DNA of 54,238 nucleotides from a virus (Duplodnaviria; Heunggongvirae; Uroviricota; Caudoviricetes): IMG/VR virus record IMGVR_UViG_2541047842_000005; one strand, 5' to 3'. Shown piece by piece: positions 51,722 to 54,238 of this stretch (position 1 is its first letter; each line of letters starts with the position of its first letter). The notes under the pieces were generated by a model. It saw only the letters and a program-made list of their open reading frames with translations, ran no database searches and was not told where the DNA came from. The position numbers and the translations under genes were made by a program.

Positions 51722-51967
51722 TTATTTTTTACACCCATCATTTACACCAGAAAAATGGATAGGTAAATTACATTCACTGTCAATAATTTTACCTTGTAGT
51801 TGTTTTTCTTTCCATGAGTCAGTATTGAAATAACTCGAACGTTGGTTATCAAGGCCAGTATCACCATATTGAGCAGTGCCAGCATCACTCTTATCTGTCG
51901 AATTTACAGAAGCAAAAGCACCAAAAGACAGAGCTGATAAGATGCAAGCAACAATTAGTTTTTTCAT
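51722..51967 (-). CDS. small secreted protein (81 aa), moron
   Basis: Track ORF 51722-52024; ATG at 51967 with SD AAGGTG; signal peptide MKKLIVACILSALSFGAFA; two Cys. Confidence 0.5.
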   Translation of the reverse strand: MKKLIVACILSALSFGAFASVNSTDKSDAGTAQYGDTGLDNQRSSYFNTDSWKEKQLQGKIIDSECNLPIHFSGVNDGCKK

Positions 51968-52164
51968 TGTATTCACCTTACTGTTTGTTTTACTGTCATT
52001 TGTTGTTCGTGATGATCCACCCATCCGATGAGCAAATCACCGCAGAAGCTATCATTTCGTATGTTGATATAGATCAAAAAATACATTATGTATAAGCCCA
52101 AAGTGTAACACAGATCACAAAATGGTAGAATTGTTTAGTTAATTAACAAAACGGAGTTATTGCG

Positions 52165-53961
52165 ATGATTTACACAACAGGCACTATAGCTGTTAGCGGA
52201 AACACAGTTACCGGGGCAGGGACTGAATTCAACGCCGCATTATCTCTGATCAGAGTGGGTTGCACTCTTATTGCCATTAGCGATCCGGTGCAGATTTTTT
52301 CAATCACAAAGGTAAAAAGCGCAACAAGTTTGTCGGTAACTCCTGCGGCAAGTCCGGCTATTCCGGCTGGAACTAAATTTAGCATCCTGCTTTCAGATTC
52401 GATCTCTGTGGATGGTCTTGCTCAGGATGTCGCCGAAACACTGCGTTACTATCAGGGCAAAGAATCAGAAATAGCGGACGCAGTTGAATTTTTTAGCGAC
52501 AACAAAGATGTGATTTCAGCCTCAAAATTAGCATCACAATCAGCTACCACTGCAACCAACGCTGCAACAACAGCGACAAGCGCAGCCGATTCAGCTAAGA
52601 CATACAGAGACGAAGCCCACGAATACGCCAATCAGACGGCGCAGCCTTACGCGTATGTTTTACAGCCGCTGCCGGATGTGTGGATGCCCTTTAATGATTC
52701 GCTGGATATGATTACGGGCTATTCTCCGGGTTATAAAAAAGTGAAGATTGGCGATAATGTGGTTCAGGTTGCCAGTGATAAACAGGTTAATTTCAGTCGC
52801 GCATCAACGGCAACATATATCAACAAATCTGGCGAACTGAAAACGGCGGAAATTAATGAGCCGCGATTTGAGTGTGATGGCCTGCTTATTGAGGGACAAA
52901 GAACGAACTTCTTCCAGAACAGTACAGACCCTTCGAAGTGGAATAAGTCAACTTCACTGGACGTTACAGAAACAGGCGCAGATAGTTTCGGGTTTAATTA
53001 TGGCCGGTTTGTCGTACAGGATTCGATTGTTGGTACAAGTAAAGCGCATACCATTATCGGACTGTATTCGAGTGCCGGAGGGGTTGATACTTCAGGGGAC
53101 GAAAAGCATGTAACTATATCCTGTCGGGTAAAAAGTGAAGTTGATAATATCGCCGTTCGTATTTTATTTGAACATTATGATGGGGAGGTAAGGACATCAA
53201 TAGGAGCAGCAAACCTGAACCTTACCACCCGCATAATTAGCAAGACAGGTCAGACAAGCCGTGTTACAGCAAGGTCTGTTAAGGATGATGCAACTGGCTG
53301 GATATTTTTTGAGGCTACATTAAAAGCAGATACAACAGAAAATACGGTTGGTGGTTTTGTCCAGTATTCTCCGGATACAGGGCAGATGGTTACATCAGGG
53401 GATTATCTCGATGTAACCACTCCACAGATTGAGGCTGGTACAGGCGCATCATCTTTTATTGTTACGGGGACGGCACCGGCAACGCGGGCAAGCGATATGG
53501 TGACAGTCCCAATCAAGAATAACCTTTATAATCTTCCTTTTACGGTTCTTTGTGAGGTACATAAGAACTGGTATAAAACGCCAAATGCAGCACCGCGTGT
53601 TTTTAATATCAGCGGTCATCAAACCGGAGCGGGGATCGAAATGGGGTTTGGTTCATCAGGTGGGTACGACGGTTTTCCGTATTGCAATATAAGTGGTTCA
53701 GACCGACGAATAAATGAAAATGCCGGGCTGGAAAAAATGGTTATGGGGATGCGTGTAAAAGCAGATCAATTGACATGTGCAATAAGTAACGGACGTATAT
53801 CCAGCGAAATAAAAACAACCTGGACTTATATTCAAAGCTCCGCAACTATTCGTATCGGTGGTCAGACAACGACAGGACAACGTCATTTATTTGGTCATAT
53901 CAGAAATTTTCGAGTATGGCATAAGGCATTAACTGATGCGCAATTAAGCGAAATTGTTTAA
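52165..53961 (+). CDS. side tail fibre protein
   Basis: 598 aa; N-terminal Thr/Ala/Ser-rich fibre region (SATTATNAATTATSAADSAKTYRDEA); C-terminal domain ending RNFRVWHKALTDAQLSEIV resembles the end of a LamG/concanavalin-like lectin fold. Confidence 0.65.
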   Translation: MIYTTGTIAVSGNTVTGAGTEFNAALSLIRVGCTLIAISDPVQIFSITKVKSATSLSVTPAASPAIPAGTKFSILLSDSISVDGLAQDVAETLRYYQGKESEIADAVEFFSDNKDVISASKLASQSATTATNAATTATSAADSAKTYRDEAHEYANQTAQPYAYVLQPLPDVWMPFNDSLDMITGYSPGYKKVKIGDNVVQVASDKQVNFSRASTATYINKSGELKTAEINEPRFECDGLLIEGQRTNFFQNSTDPSKWNKSTSLDVTETGADSFGFNYGRFVVQDSIVGTSKAHTIIGLYSSAGGVDTSGDEKHVTISCRVKSEVDNIAVRILFEHYDGEVRTSIGAANLNLTTRIISKTGQTSRVTARSVKDDATGWIFFEATLKADTTENTVGGFVQYSPDTGQMVTSGDYLDVTTPQIEAGTGASSFIVTGTAPATRASDMVTVPIKNNLYNLPFTVLCEVHKNWYKTPNAAPRVFNISGHQTGAGIEMGFGSSGGYDGFPYCNISGSDRRINENAGLEKMVMGMRVKADQLTCAISNGRISSEIKTTWTYIQSSATIRIGGQTTTGQRHLFGHIRNFRVWHKALTDAQLSEIV

Positions 53962-53971
53962 GGTGGTTAAC

Positions 53972-54238
53972 ATGAAAGACGTTAGCTTGCAATTTACTGA
54001 CAAACAGCAATACAACGACATTGTGATTAATAGCGGCTTGCTGGATGCCAATTGGTCAACCGTGTTTATTGATGATATCGGTTTTGTCCTTGTATTCGAC
54101 GATCCAGAAAGCGAGACACCTGTACTTATTGGGAAAAAAGGTTATTACGTCAACGTGCGTATAACTGGTGACGATGTTGATATTTCTCAGCTTGAGCCTT
54201 TCATTGTTCCAGATCCAGGCGTCCGCGCATGGGCTTAA
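53972..54238 (+). CDS. hypothetical protein (88 aa), possible tail fibre accessory protein
   Basis: Track start 53954; ATG 53972 with SD AAGGTGG; stop TAA is the last 3 nt of the window. Confidence 0.4.
   Translation: MKDVSLQFTDKQQYNDIVINSGLLDANWSTVFIDDIGFVLVFDDPESETPVLIGKKGYYVNVRITGDDVDISQLEPFIVPDPGVRAWA

Noticed and set aside
1-54238. CRISPR arrays and tRNA genes
   Set aside because: No regularly spaced direct repeats with unique spacers were seen; the only tandem repeats are coding. No cloverleaf-like tRNA candidate was noticed by eye, but this was not checked with tRNAscan-SE and should be.

Overview
The window reads as most of a temperate, lambdoid-mosaic siphovirus (probably an integrated or recently excised prophage) of an enterobacterial host; IS200 points toward Salmonella or a close relative, but that is inference. 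All calls are from reading the sequence and ORF track by eye, with no database search run. Layout: a minus-strand early arm (1-7863) ends in an AlpA-like HTH gene at the window edge and carries NinB, a DnaB-type helicase, an HTH-metallophosphoesterase, a triple zinc-ribbon/T5orf172-like protein and a replication initiator. A divergent immunity region holds a cI-type S24 repressor (8169-8816). The long plus-strand arm carries a pL-like promoter, a nut-like site and a P22 gp24-like N protein, then Erf, SSB, many small genes, a DNA-modification trio (Dam-like methylase, YhhQ-like transporter, C5-methylase-like), NinG, RusA and a Q-like protein. After that comes a ~6.7 kb island of about 30 small ORFs interrupted by IS200, a late-promoter-plus-terminator unit, the lysis cassette (holin, SAR endolysin, nested Rz/Rz1), terminase, portal, head genes and a lambda-like tail (major tail, tape measure, M, L, K, I, a 1656-aa J-like fibre, side tail fibre). 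The most unusual items are a tandem array of nine 20-34 codon ORFs encoding single-helix hydrophobic peptides (27666-28404), minus-strand moron cassettes inside the tail operon (two lipoproteins, a HigB/RelE-like toxin cluster), a YhhQ-like transporter with no partner pathway in the window, and a recurrent ACAAAATGG / TGTGA-N6-TCACA motif family at gene boundaries. No tRNA or CRISPR array was seen.
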